IMG/VR virus record: IMGVR_UViG_3300031839_001922
Reading direction: 5' to 3' (one strand)
Origin: an uncultured virus (IMG/VR IMGVR_UViG_3300031839_001922)
Lineage: Duplodnaviria > Heunggongvirae > Uroviricota > Caudoviricetes
DNA length: 54,739 nt
Below are positions 1 to 10,000 of the stretch, piece after piece (positions within the stretch are counted from its first letter, which is position 1; each line of letters opens with the position of its first letter). A program made the position numbers and the translations under genes. The notes beneath the pieces are model-generated. The model had not been told where the DNA came from. It made no database searches and worked only from the letters and a program-made list of their open reading frames with translations.

Positions 1-1
1 G

Positions 2-3000
2 TTCACGGAGTTTTTGCATTTTTTTATAATAAGGGCGATACCTATTTACGGGTTCGCCGATCAGGTTGTTAAAATTATTAACCGTAGCAAAAAAACGAAG
101 CATCTCTTCAGAAATTGTCTGGTACATGCTTTTTTCTACAGACAAAAAGTGCTCGATGTAGTTTGTATCCCTTGTAAAAACCATCTCATCTTGCTGATTT
201 AGCGTCTTTATCATGTCATCGCTGTTTACAACTTCTGGTAATTTTAGCTTTGCTGATTGTACAAATTCAATATCTATAGCTTGATTTAGCAAATTTGCGT
301 CAGTAGAAAATTTGTCGCCGCGGCCAGAATAGTTATATTTTGATATCGGAGAAGCCCAATAATCACCAAACTTTAATTTCTGGTCTGTTGAGCCGGATGC
401 AAAGTCCTCTATTAAGAACTGGCCGGAAGCGTTAGAGCCTGTCAAATTATCCATAGTCCAGTTTAGAATTAAAGTTGAGATCTGCGGGACAAAATTACTG
501 TTTAACGAATCATTGCTGTTTCTGTACGGCTGAAATGCACCATAGGAAGAGGCGTCGCGGGCGTGAGCTTGTATTGTTTCATTTGTTAGATAATCTAACC
601 AAACACGGGTCGAGGACACCTTGACATCTGAATATTTGCGCACAGAACCTGTAAAGTTAGTTCTTTCTGCGCCCAGAAATACTCTTTTTGGTTCTTTGAA
701 AAAAGTCAATGCATTTGCTAAACTCATTGTGCCAGAAATAGTAAATTCGTTTTGCAATATATTAGAAACGTAATTTACACCATATAGCTCATAAGTGTAC
801 GCTGATGCTGTAGGCAATAAAAATCCGGTGCTGGTGTTTAAAGCTGGCGCTGTATTTGTTGGTGCTTTTGTTGGACGCAAACGGAAAGCTAAATTCCACT
901 TTTCATTGTCGTATACTCCTGCGTAACTACCTGTTGTTTCTATTGGGGTAAAAACATTTGAGCCAGACAATATGAATTTTACGTTCCTTAAATCATCATC
1001 AGTTTTTGCTACATGAACATTAAAATCTATGGTGTTCGAAGACGCAAATGTCAAATCAGTGTTGGAAGCTGTTACTGCGTGAAGACCAAATATAGATGAC
1101 GTAACAGACGGAAAGTTTTTGTAGTTTTTGTCCTCTGGCATGTGCCTTCTAGGAAAAATTACTTCAGTTTCGACTGTCATCATAGCGCCAGTTAGCAAAG
1201 ACTCCGTAGCACCGGGGATATAAGACAAAGAATTAGAGTCTGTGGAATCGTAATATTGGTAAGCTGTTGCGCTATAAGAACCAGCAATACCACCGCTGGA
1301 AGAAAGTCTAGTCTCGATATCATCAAAATCAATATATGATTTTTTTACACTAGTGTTAGTCGTATTGTCTTTTAGTTTGTATGTGTCGTTGTTAGAATAA
1401 ACGTTTAATTTTATTAGCTCTTCGTCAACTCCAAAACATCTCAAAAAGTTTCTTAAAGACTTAAACGTACCTTTCGATTTTTGTATATAAGAAAGATTAT
1501 TATAAATGTTTTGATAAATAATGTTCTTTACTTCATATAATTTTTTCTCAAATAATTTCTTTTCATCTCTATCTAAATATTTTCCTAACTCTGCCACATC
1601 AGCAAAAAGCTCCGGGGCGTCATATCCTCTAGAACTTAAAAGCCTTTCTGCAAAAGGTAGTGGTTTTTCATAATTGTTATCATCAGGGTAATTGATATCT
1701 TTTAGTCTGGGTAACTTTTCTATTTGAAGATACAGGTCATCAAAAAAACTGGCCATAATTTGAGTTAAATATTTTAAATTTTTTGACTGCTCTTCGTCTT
1801 GTTCTGCTATCCACGCAGGCATTGATTTATACAAAGAAGAAGCATTCTCATGATCGTGCATTGATCCGGAAGTTTTCTTGTCTGATATGAGCGCCTCGAC
1901 GCTTGGGTGGTGGCTGTAAATGATTGGATCTAAAAACTCTTTTGTTGCGGCGGAGGAAGACACTATGGCGGAGCCGGTATTTCTAGAGGAGGCACTATAA
2001 TTTACAAATGTACCGTTACTAATTCTACCAGAGTAATCTAAAATAGTGGCGTCTGTTGATGTTCTGCCAGTTATCCCTTCATTAAACTTATAGTAAACAC
2101 CTAAAGAGACTTTGTTATCAATGTCATCATGCTTATCGTTATCAGTGTTGGTGCCGCCGCCGACATGATCAATATAAAATCGTCCTATTTGTTCCGAATC
2201 GCGCTCTGTTTTCCAATATCTAAATTCGTCAAAGGACGACGAAACGATATTACCCCAGCCTTTTCCTATTGTAGAGGATCCGGAGAGGGGGCCAACAAGG
2301 CCTCCGATAGCGGCGATCATCGTGCCTGTCACAGCATTTAACGTAGAACTAGCTATTAGCTTCCCAGACTTGTGCACACCATCAACATATAAATTAGAAA
2401 GAGTGTCCGCTCCTTTTGTTTTTGCTGTGAGCGCATAGTGATGCCACTTGCTATCAGCGATGTCGCTAATTCCAGTATCATGGTCAAAACTTAACTCTGT
2501 CGACCCAGATACGATAGCAAGGTGCATGATTCCTTTTGAATCGGCAGTTTCACCGTATACGTATGCTCTCAACGAACCGGAACTTGGTGAAGATCCAGAA
2601 TTCCATGAATGAAAAACATATTCATGATGTGCCTCGCTGGTAGAGGCCCAGCCGTCTTTTTTTAACCAGAACTCGACAGTGACGCCCTTGGCCAGATCTA
2701 GCTCTAGATTATTAGTTCTTTGATATGAAGTGTCGTATATGTTGGCTTTTGACACGCCTTTGCCAGAAGGGCCGGCCACGTGATCACTCTTGTAATCACC
2801 ATCTGGATCTGCATTTGGGCCGCCTTTTAGAAATATATACTCTGGGCTGGTCGAAATATAAACATTGTTATTTGCGTCTTTTGAACCGTCAAACGACGAC
2901 ACAGTGCCCATGACAACGTACCCATTTGTTCTTGGGTATTCATTTTCAAAAACAAAAAGATCTAAGTAGGTGCTTTGATTCTCCCATTCTATTTTTTCTG

Positions 3001-3250
3001 TTTGCGAACCATCATAAGGATATGTTTCATAGATCCTTTTTATTGCGGCATCGTAGTATTCTTCTGCTAGGCCAAATCGCGCAAAGTTCGACGCAGTAGC
3101 AAAATCCACATCTGGACGGAAAGAGTCCTTTCTTTGATTGTAAACATCAACGTAACGATAGGATTCTACTGATTTAGCCAGGTCATTCTTGCTCTTATTC
3201 TTAAGAAATTTTAAAGACTGTCCTTTGTCAAATAGATCTTTAATGCTCAT
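2..3250 (-). CDS. Large virion structural protein with LamG/concanavalin-like domain(s) and a baseplate-wedge-like region; truncated at left edge (>1083 aa)
   Basis: Not in the ORF track because it has no stop in the window. ATG at 3250 (MSIKDLFDKG); the same frame reads GEPVNRYRPYYKKMQKLRE at the edge. LamG-like motifs TVEFWLK, KWHHYAL, LYVDG and FDEFRYW. KSKGTFKSLRNFLRCFG resembles the KGT motif of wedge proteins (T4 gp7/P2 gpI). Confidence 0.75.
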   Translation of the reverse strand, partial: MSIKDLFDKGQSLKFLKNKSKNDLAKSVESYRYVDVYNQRKDSFRPDVDFATASNFARFGLAEEYYDAAIKRIYETYPYDGSQTEKIEWENQSTYLDLFVFENEYPRTNGYVVMGTVSSFDGSKDANNNVYISTSPEYIFLKGGPNADPDGDYKSDHVAGPSGKGVSKANIYDTSYQRTNNLELDLAKGVTVEFWLKKDGWASTSEAHHEYVFHSWNSGSSPSSGSLRAYVYGETADSKGIMHLAIVSGSTELSFDHDTGISDIADSKWHHYALTAKTKGADTLSNLYVDGVHKSGKLIASSTLNAVTGTMIAAIGGLVGPLSGSSTIGKGWGNIVSSSFDEFRYWKTERDSEQIGRFYIDHVGGGTNTDNDKHDDIDNKVSLGVYYKFNEGITGRTSTDATILDYSGRISNGTFVNYSASSRNTGSAIVSSSAATKEFLDPIIYSHHPSVEALISDKKTSGSMHDHENASSLYKSMPAWIAEQDEEQSKNLKYLTQIMASFFDDLYLQIEKLPRLKDINYPDDNNYEKPLPFAERLLSSRGYDAPELFADVAELGKYLDRDEKKLFEKKLYEVKNIIYQNIYNNLSYIQKSKGTFKSLRNFLRCFGVDEELIKLNVYSNNDTYKLKDNTTNTSVKKSYIDFDDIETRLSSSGGIAGSYSATAYQYYDSTDSNSLSYIPGATESLLTGAMMTVETEVIFPRRHMPEDKNYKNFPSVTSSIFGLHAVTASNTDLTFASSNTIDFNVHVAKTDDDLRNVKFILSGSNVFTPIETTGSYAGVYDNEKWNLAFRLRPTKAPTNTAPALNTSTGFLLPTASAYTYELYGVNYVSNILQNEFTISGTMSLANALTFFKEPKRVFLGAERTNFTGSVRKYSDVKVSSTRVWLDYLTNETIQAHARDASSYGAFQPYRNSNDSLNSNFVPQISTLILNWTMDNLTGSNASGQFLIEDFASGSTDQKLKFGDYWASPISKYNYSGRGDKFSTDANLLNQAIDIEFVQSAKLKLPEVVNSDDMIKTLNQQDEMVFTRDTNYIEHFLSVEKSMYQTISEEMLRFFATVNNFNNLIGEPVNRYRPYYKKMQKLRE

Positions 3251-3275
3251 GTGCTAGTCCAACTTTATCCCATAA

Positions 3276-4826
3276 TTAATTATCTTCAACTCTAAATTTA
3301 AACACTTCTTCTTGGTCTCTCCACTGGCCAGCGACATAGTAGCTTAATTTAATACCGTACATGTAGCCAGGTTCTAGTAAAGACATATCTAAATCAAAAT
3401 AACTTCCAGAATTATCGTAAGACAAATAAGTGTGGTTAGTCGTGCTTCCCGTAGAATTATTTATAACGGTCCTTTCGTCTACCATTCTTAAAATTTCAAA
3501 TGACGCACTTGGAATAATTTCTTTCTCTATGTCTTGCGAAGCCACCGTATAGATTGTTGGTGTGAAGTTTTTAGGTCTTGTGAAGACCCTAAATCTAGCC
3601 TGCTCGTTTTTAACATACTTTGGTTTTAAATTAGTTACTTTGCTAACATATTGATCATAAGCATTCCAGTTTGAAGAATCAAAAGTTTTTGGTCTTATAG
3701 AGCCTGTATCATACTCCACAGTGCCATTGTGCCATACGTCGTAAATAGTTTTTAAGGTCGAGGAGCCAGTAAAGGCAAAAGAGCATGAATAAATACCCGT
3801 CGATACATACCCACCAGTAATATTAGTATCGCCAGCTGCAACAACGCCACCGCCTTTTGAAAGCTTAAGCTTTGATCCACTTGGGGCCGTGTCGTTTGAA
3901 GAGCCTGAATAAATGCTGACCAAAAGTGTCCCAGTTCCAACTCCGGGTATGTTTTTTAGCTCGCCCCTAATGTAGTTATAAAGATAGATCGTGTTTAAAT
4001 TATCAGCAGCAGGAGCAATCGAACTGCTAAAGAAGAAATAACCTCTATCATCTTTTGTGGTAGAGTCCCACCTCGCTTCAATCGCAGGTACTTTAAAGAA
4101 GAACTCGCTACTTCTTGAAAAAAATCTTTTTGTGTAATAGCTTCTCTCTTGCCCATCTGGATTGTGAAGAACTGATCCTGAATCCAGCCCAGAAGAATTT
4201 GAAAAATATGCCTCCTGACTAGCTGTAAGAAATACGCCCAGACCATAATTCGGTTGGGTGCCAGATATCCATTCTTCTACCATCGCAGTAACATCTAGTT
4301 CTATATCCTCATATCCCTCGTCAAAGGTGAAGGTGTAGTTTGGCATTGTCTGGTCTTTGACGTACGACGACGAATGGAATTCTCCACCTGGTTTTGACCA
4401 GGCAGTTGTTTTTAAGCGATTGGTCCAGTTTGAGCCTTCAATAGAATCTTTGTTTTCATCCTTATAAGACTCCATATCTAGGCCAGTTCCTTCTTGCCAT
4501 GATTGTGAAATGGCCATTACATTGACCGTAAAATTGGAAGGTAATTGTTCAGAATGCCTAGCGTTATAGACTTTTAAATAAAAATTTACGTTACCAGAGG
4601 CTGGAATAGTGCCAGCTGTTCTGTCGGAGGATATCGTAGAAATAGGAAACTCTAACAAAACTCTCGATAATTCTGTAGAGCTGGTGGTCTGCTGTCCATA
4701 TATTGAAAATACCTCCAATATATCAGAAGCACCCATGTTTGAGCCTGTGGCGCGTGTATTCAGATCTAACTTGAACGCGTTGGTTATAGTGTTATCTTTT
4801 GTAGCTTTATACTTTTTAATCGCCAT
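3276..4826 (-). CDS. Putative virion structural protein (DNRLRE-like beta-sandwich N-terminal region)
   Basis: 516 aa, Ser/Thr/Gly-rich. DNTI, SRVLLEF, YLKVY, SWQEGTG, LDVT..VEEW and NYGL pattern; coupled to the baseplate wedge gene. Confidence 0.55.
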   Translation of the reverse strand: MAIKKYKATKDNTITNAFKLDLNTRATGSNMGASDILEVFSIYGQQTTSSTELSRVLLEFPISTISSDRTAGTIPASGNVNFYLKVYNARHSEQLPSNFTVNVMAISQSWQEGTGLDMESYKDENKDSIEGSNWTNRLKTTAWSKPGGEFHSSSYVKDQTMPNYTFTFDEGYEDIELDVTAMVEEWISGTQPNYGLGVFLTASQEAYFSNSSGLDSGSVLHNPDGQERSYYTKRFFSRSSEFFFKVPAIEARWDSTTKDDRGYFFFSSSIAPAADNLNTIYLYNYIRGELKNIPGVGTGTLLVSIYSGSSNDTAPSGSKLKLSKGGGVVAAGDTNITGGYVSTGIYSCSFAFTGSSTLKTIYDVWHNGTVEYDTGSIRPKTFDSSNWNAYDQYVSKVTNLKPKYVKNEQARFRVFTRPKNFTPTIYTVASQDIEKEIIPSASFEILRMVDERTVINNSTGSTTNHTYLSYDNSGSYFDLDMSLLEPGYMYGIKLSYYVAGQWRDQEEVFKFRVEDN

Positions 4827-6622
4827 TATCTGATAGTTCCCTTAATATCTAGATTCGGATATTTTATTTCATATACTGTGTTTTGTGGAGCATACAATAT
4901 CCTACCATCGGCAGAGATATACTGATCTAGATTTAGCGCCTGATCAGAATAGAGACCTCCTGATTCATTTGTAATCTTTACATCGGTTACGTCTACTATT
5001 TCATCCAAATTGTTTAAAACATCATAAATCTTTGATATATAAACCGGCTGGCCTATATCAAGCTTTTGTTCAAACATACTTTCAATTTCTGTTATTGCTG
5101 CGGAAAGTGCTTCGACCTTATCTTGATCATAATTAACAACTGCGGTGAAATTAATTTTTATGTTTATTATTCGAGCATCTAAAATGTCTATTGTATCGTT
5201 AATCATCCTGTAGTGGTTAAGCCAGGTTTTAATATTGTTTTTAAGCACCTGGTTGCTGGTCATGAAATTGCCGTCAGCATCCTCAGACAAAACATAGAGG
5301 TTTAAATTTCTCTTAAATGAATCTTGGTCTCTATATATTTTTGCTCTTTTGGCACTGCCAAATTTTGAAGGCATCCTGTAGACCAGTGCTTCATAATCGC
5401 CTGCTGTAACGGCTCTATTTTGCGAAGAAAACACGTCGTTGACTCTTTGTTTAAGCTCTGAGACCGTTGGGATTGACACGTCGCCGACAATTGGTTCTTC
5501 ATTTATTACTTCTATGCTATCTCTGACAGTGTTTATCTTTGATGAATTTGTAGCATTTGAGCCAAAAATAAAAATAGGTTGCACTATCTCACTTAAAGCT
5601 CTAGTTGCAACATTAACATTGTCTATAGAATTAGTCCTATATGTTATGGTAAGATTTGTATTTGCTGGCGCAATGCCAAACTTGCTAGTCTCTACTAGCT
5701 TCGATGGATCAAAAGTAGCGTCTGTCTCATAATCTCGACCGTGCATTTTTAACACAACTTCAGATGGATGGATTGTATTGTCAGTTTTTAAATTTTCTTC
5801 TGAGCCGTAGCCAAATTTTATGTTTGTTGTTCCAAAACTATTAAAAACTGTGAATCTTCTTGGTACCGAAGTGGCAACCATAACATCTGGCACGTACCTT
5901 CTTGTTTCTGGATCTTTATTTACCACCGAACGAAAAATTGTATCTTGCGAAAGATACTCAACTTCAAAATACTCGTGGCCCTCTGAGTCCACAATAGAAA
6001 CAATCTCGCTAATATTTGGATCAGAAAGCGGAATTGTTAGAAATCTTGCAAAATCTCCGACACTTACTGTCTCAGTCTTAACTTCCCCAGAAATAATTTG
6101 CCCAGTTGTTTTAACAGCAAACGAAGTCGGTTTGCCGTCAGCAGCGTTTGTTGTAGCTACGACAACTTCATTGTCTGGGTTGGCAAAATCGACATCTTCC
6201 GTCAAGCTGAAAACGCGGCCGGCTGGAGTGGCGAACTTGCTGCCTTTTGCTAACACAGGCATGTAATTTGTATCTGGCGCAGACCCTCCGTCTGTGGCGG
6301 GTGCGATAATGTACATTGACAAAAGCCCAAAAGAATTAGAACGCAATTGTTGTTTATAACCGACTTGTTCTCCTAATCTTAAAATATTATTGTATTCTAT
6401 TGCTGTGTCGAGAAAAGACTCGTTTGCTTGATAATCTAAATAAAATGAAAGCATATCGCCGACATACGCTACAGTGTCGAGCATTAAAGAGCCAAAGGAT
6501 GCCTCTGAAAAATCTTTGTAAATATCCGGATAATACCGGCGTGCATAGTTTACTAGGCTTTCTTTAATATCGTTGAATTCTCTGTCCGTATATTTAATGA
6601 GTTTTTTATTTTTCTTTGGCAT
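4826..6622 (-). CDS. Baseplate wedge subunit (T4 gp6 / baseplate J-like)
   Basis: YTDREFNDIKESL..DFSEASFGSLMLDTVAYVGDMLSFYLD..ANESFLDTA, IKFGYG and QNRAVTAGDY are gp6-like; adjacent to a gp25-like gene. Confidence 0.9.
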   Translation of the reverse strand: MPKKNKKLIKYTDREFNDIKESLVNYARRYYPDIYKDFSEASFGSLMLDTVAYVGDMLSFYLDYQANESFLDTAIEYNNILRLGEQVGYKQQLRSNSFGLLSMYIIAPATDGGSAPDTNYMPVLAKGSKFATPAGRVFSLTEDVDFANPDNEVVVATTNAADGKPTSFAVKTTGQIISGEVKTETVSVGDFARFLTIPLSDPNISEIVSIVDSEGHEYFEVEYLSQDTIFRSVVNKDPETRRYVPDVMVATSVPRRFTVFNSFGTTNIKFGYGSEENLKTDNTIHPSEVVLKMHGRDYETDATFDPSKLVETSKFGIAPANTNLTITYRTNSIDNVNVATRALSEIVQPIFIFGSNATNSSKINTVRDSIEVINEEPIVGDVSIPTVSELKQRVNDVFSSQNRAVTAGDYEALVYRMPSKFGSAKRAKIYRDQDSFKRNLNLYVLSEDADGNFMTSNQVLKNNIKTWLNHYRMINDTIDILDARIINIKINFTAVVNYDQDKVEALSAAITEIESMFEQKLDIGQPVYISKIYDVLNNLDEIVDVTDVKITNESGGLYSDQALNLDQYISADGRILYAPQNTVYEIKYPNLDIKGTIR

Positions 6623-7018
6623 TTAGTTAACATCCTCGGCTTGTATTTGTATTTCAGTTTGCAAGTTCATGCTGGGAACGTCAAACTCGATAATTATTGA
6701 AAGAACATTAGAGTCTACTGAATCTTTTGGATCAATCCCATGATTAAAGAGTATTTTGTTGATTCTAATAAACGGCATATACTTGCTTGCCTGATTTGTT
6801 ATTCTTTGCCGTATCATACCAGAGACTCTTTGCTCTGGCTCAAAAAGAAAATTTCTTAAGCCAACACCAAAGTCCGGGTTCATCATTCTTTCGCCAGGGG
6901 CAGTCAAGAGTAGATTTTTAAAATTTTGCTTTATTTCTTCAGCATAGCTAGAAATTAGGGTATAGTTTCCGTATACATCGTCTCTTTGCAGCGGTAATTT
7001 TGGTCCAATACCGTTCAT
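6623..7018 (-). CDS. Baseplate protein, GPW/gp25 family (sheath initiator)
   Basis: IKQNFKNLLLTAPGERMMNPDFGVGLRNFLFE motif; 131 aa. Confidence 0.92.
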   Translation of the reverse strand: MNGIGPKLPLQRDDVYGNYTLISSYAEEIKQNFKNLLLTAPGERMMNPDFGVGLRNFLFEPEQRVSGMIRQRITNQASKYMPFIRINKILFNHGIDPKDSVDSNVLSIIIEFDVPSMNLQTEIQIQAEDVN

Positions 7019-7030
7019 CCAGTCAGCCCC

Positions 7031-10000
7031 TTACAATTGATCCTCACAATTTGGATCTTTAGTCTTTTGTATATCGTCGTGTATTTTTTCTTCTATCGCA
7101 TCTATAAATAGTATAGCGAGATAAATCATCCCCGGGAAGGTGCTTACGAATGGAAGAGGCATTGGGAATGGATTTATTCCTCCTCCGTATGGTATGACAG
7201 ATGGCATCATTGCAGACCAAATCCCTGGTAATAGATAAGGTGATTGGTAGAGTGACTTAAGCCGCTCTTCTGCTTCCTTGATTTTTATCTCGCCCTCTTG
7301 AATAATTTCTTGCTTCTTGCTTTCGAGATCATCTAGCTTTTTCTTGTTCTCTTTGTATTCTTCTAATAAATCTTGTAGTTTTTTAAATTCAATGCCAAAC
7401 TCTTCCCACTGATCGTTTTGTTCGTCGGACATGCCAGGCGGAAGTGGGCTGACTAACTCTAGTTTCCAGTTTTCTATTTCTCCTGTATTTTCTATTATAA
7501 CATAATCAGAGAGCTTTTCAGTGCCGCCGTCTGGAGTTTTTACAGTCGGCAGGGCAGCGGCGGCAGATTTAGCAAAACCAATCCCCACATTTAATTGTAT
7601 CTCTAGCTGCTGTAGTATTTGCCTAGCGGCATCGATTCCAGACTGCACTATTCTCTTTGCTGTTGCCACGCCTTGTTTAACCGCTGCTAAAGTAGCAGAT
7701 GCAACTGCGTTAGAAATATCAATAATTCTCTTTGCTGTAATAATCGCTGGATCTGTTATCTCAACAAATCCCTTAAGCACCAAAAGAGGCGTGCGGAGAA
7801 CAATTTTCAAGATTTCTTTTGTCATATCCGGCTCTTTTGCTCCGGTGCCGGCCTCTGCTCGGAGAGCGCGTTCAGCTAGCAAATTAGCAATTGGATCTGG
7901 TAAGTGCTTGTAGTCAGTAGAATTAGAAATATTATCAATTATGTTTGCTAATGACTGCTTTGTTCTATCCAGAACATCAGTTGGATTAGGTATAAAAGTT
8001 GACAAGCCATCAGACGCCATTATTGTAGCCAGAGCCATGTACCTTCTCATTGGGAAAAGGTAATCATACATAAGTTTAAACTCGGCTGAATTTTTTATCT
8101 CTTGCAGAAGTGCATTAGCTAGTTTACCATAGTAGAACTGATGTGCATTTTTTGTGTAGTGTAGTTCTTGGTTGCCGCCAGGACCAACCCCTAATTCATT
8201 AAATGGTATCAAATCACTGTTTTCTATGGTAAATGACTGGCTATAATCGACAGAGACAATTTCTTTTTCTACCTCAATAATTGGAATTTGTAGCTCATAC
8301 AAAACGGTCTCAGCGCCATCTTCAACATAATATGGTCTCTGCCCTAAAATTGTTTTAGCGTTCTTAAGAGGGCTTGTAGCTGACTGTATGTCTAAATTAT
8401 CGATAAGTGGTTGCTTGTTGAGATTAGTATTTGCAGTGGTATAGCTCATACGCATACCAAATTTTACACTCTTGAAAAATGGCTTTAAACCAAAGCTGTC
8501 AAAAAGAGCGGTTAGCGCAGGAGAGTCTTCAAGCGATTTTAAGAAATAATTGTTGTAAAAATAACTCCACGCTGAAAGCGGCACATAACCATATATATGA
8601 CTTCTGAAAGCGTTGTTTTCCTCTTTTCTTTTCGTGTTTATTGTGTCATCTATAAGGTCTAGATAGTCATTTACATTATAGGCCGCTGTTAACACAACTT
8701 GGTCACATGGCTCACCATTTTCGTCTAGATTACTAAAAACTTCTGCCTCAAAATCTCTTTCTTCTTCGCCCCAATCTTCAATTTTTACATAAGGCTCAAA
8801 AACAATATTGCCAAGCACTCTGTTAATATTGTTGCCATGCGACGTCTCTACGTTGTTGTCAAAAGAAAAGCCGTCCGATCTTCCAAAAAGAGTGTTTTGA
8901 AGATTTACAAAGCTAGCAAAACCTTCTCCAGTGTACAGCGTATTAGACGCGTTTAAATTCCATGCTTTATCTTTCCAATCATTGTAATTGTAGGGCGCAT
9001 GTTCGTGATACCAATTCATTGGAAGAGAATGAAAATAGTTTTTATTATTTTGAGACCTGGCTCCTCGCTCTGCCGAGAGGCCAAAAACATCCACTTCATT
9101 TTTATCATAAGAAAAATTCATGCCTGAGCTTATTCCGGCGTATTCATTTTTTCTTCCCGAGCCAAAATTCATTGTATATATATTGTCTGGCATCTTGACG
9201 TCAGAAATTATCTCTAGAGGGCCAGTACTGCCTGTTAATGCGCCGGCTTGAGCAATAAATTCGGTGTTATACTCTGAAGGGTTGGCAACTTCTCTTGCAA
9301 AGTCCTCAACATAATCTGGATCTGTGTTTTTTAATAAGCTTACTCTAAGATCGGTGCTAATTGGAAAACTGTTGACAAACATACTTTTTACGATGCCGGC
9401 AATATTTTCGCCCTCGACGCCGATTAAGTATTCTAAACTACTTTGAGGAGCCCCGTCGACACCAAGTTTTAGTTCTAGCAACTGTATATCTGTCAAATTG
9501 TTTTCTTTTCTTAACATATCTGTTGCAAAGAACGACAAAAACTCTATGTCAAAATCTTGCGAAATATTCTGAAGTATGATCGCTGCCATTGATGTATCTT
9601 TAAACACATCTTCCAAATCAAAACTATCCCACGCTATTACTGAAGCTAGGCACATCTCAAGGGTGTAAATCTTAACAACTAGCTTTACCATACCCTCTAG
9701 TAAAGAAACGCGAGTAGCATTTTGGCCCTGCAGGTTTGTTTCATACACATCTTTACAAAGTGATTTTTCGTAGAATTCAATAATTTTAGATTTTACTCGG
9801 TCGACCTTAAAGAAGTCTGTTTCTGTGTTTTGTGATAAGGCATCGCTGGGAATTCCAGCTTTAGCCAAAACAGCTTCGCACCTAGGATCAGTGCCGTCAC
9901 TTACTAATGGGCTTTTTAGAATTTTTTTCCAAATTTTCTTCATATATCCACGATTCTGGATTCTGGAAGACTTCATCTTTGCAAACATCTGCGTGGAGTA

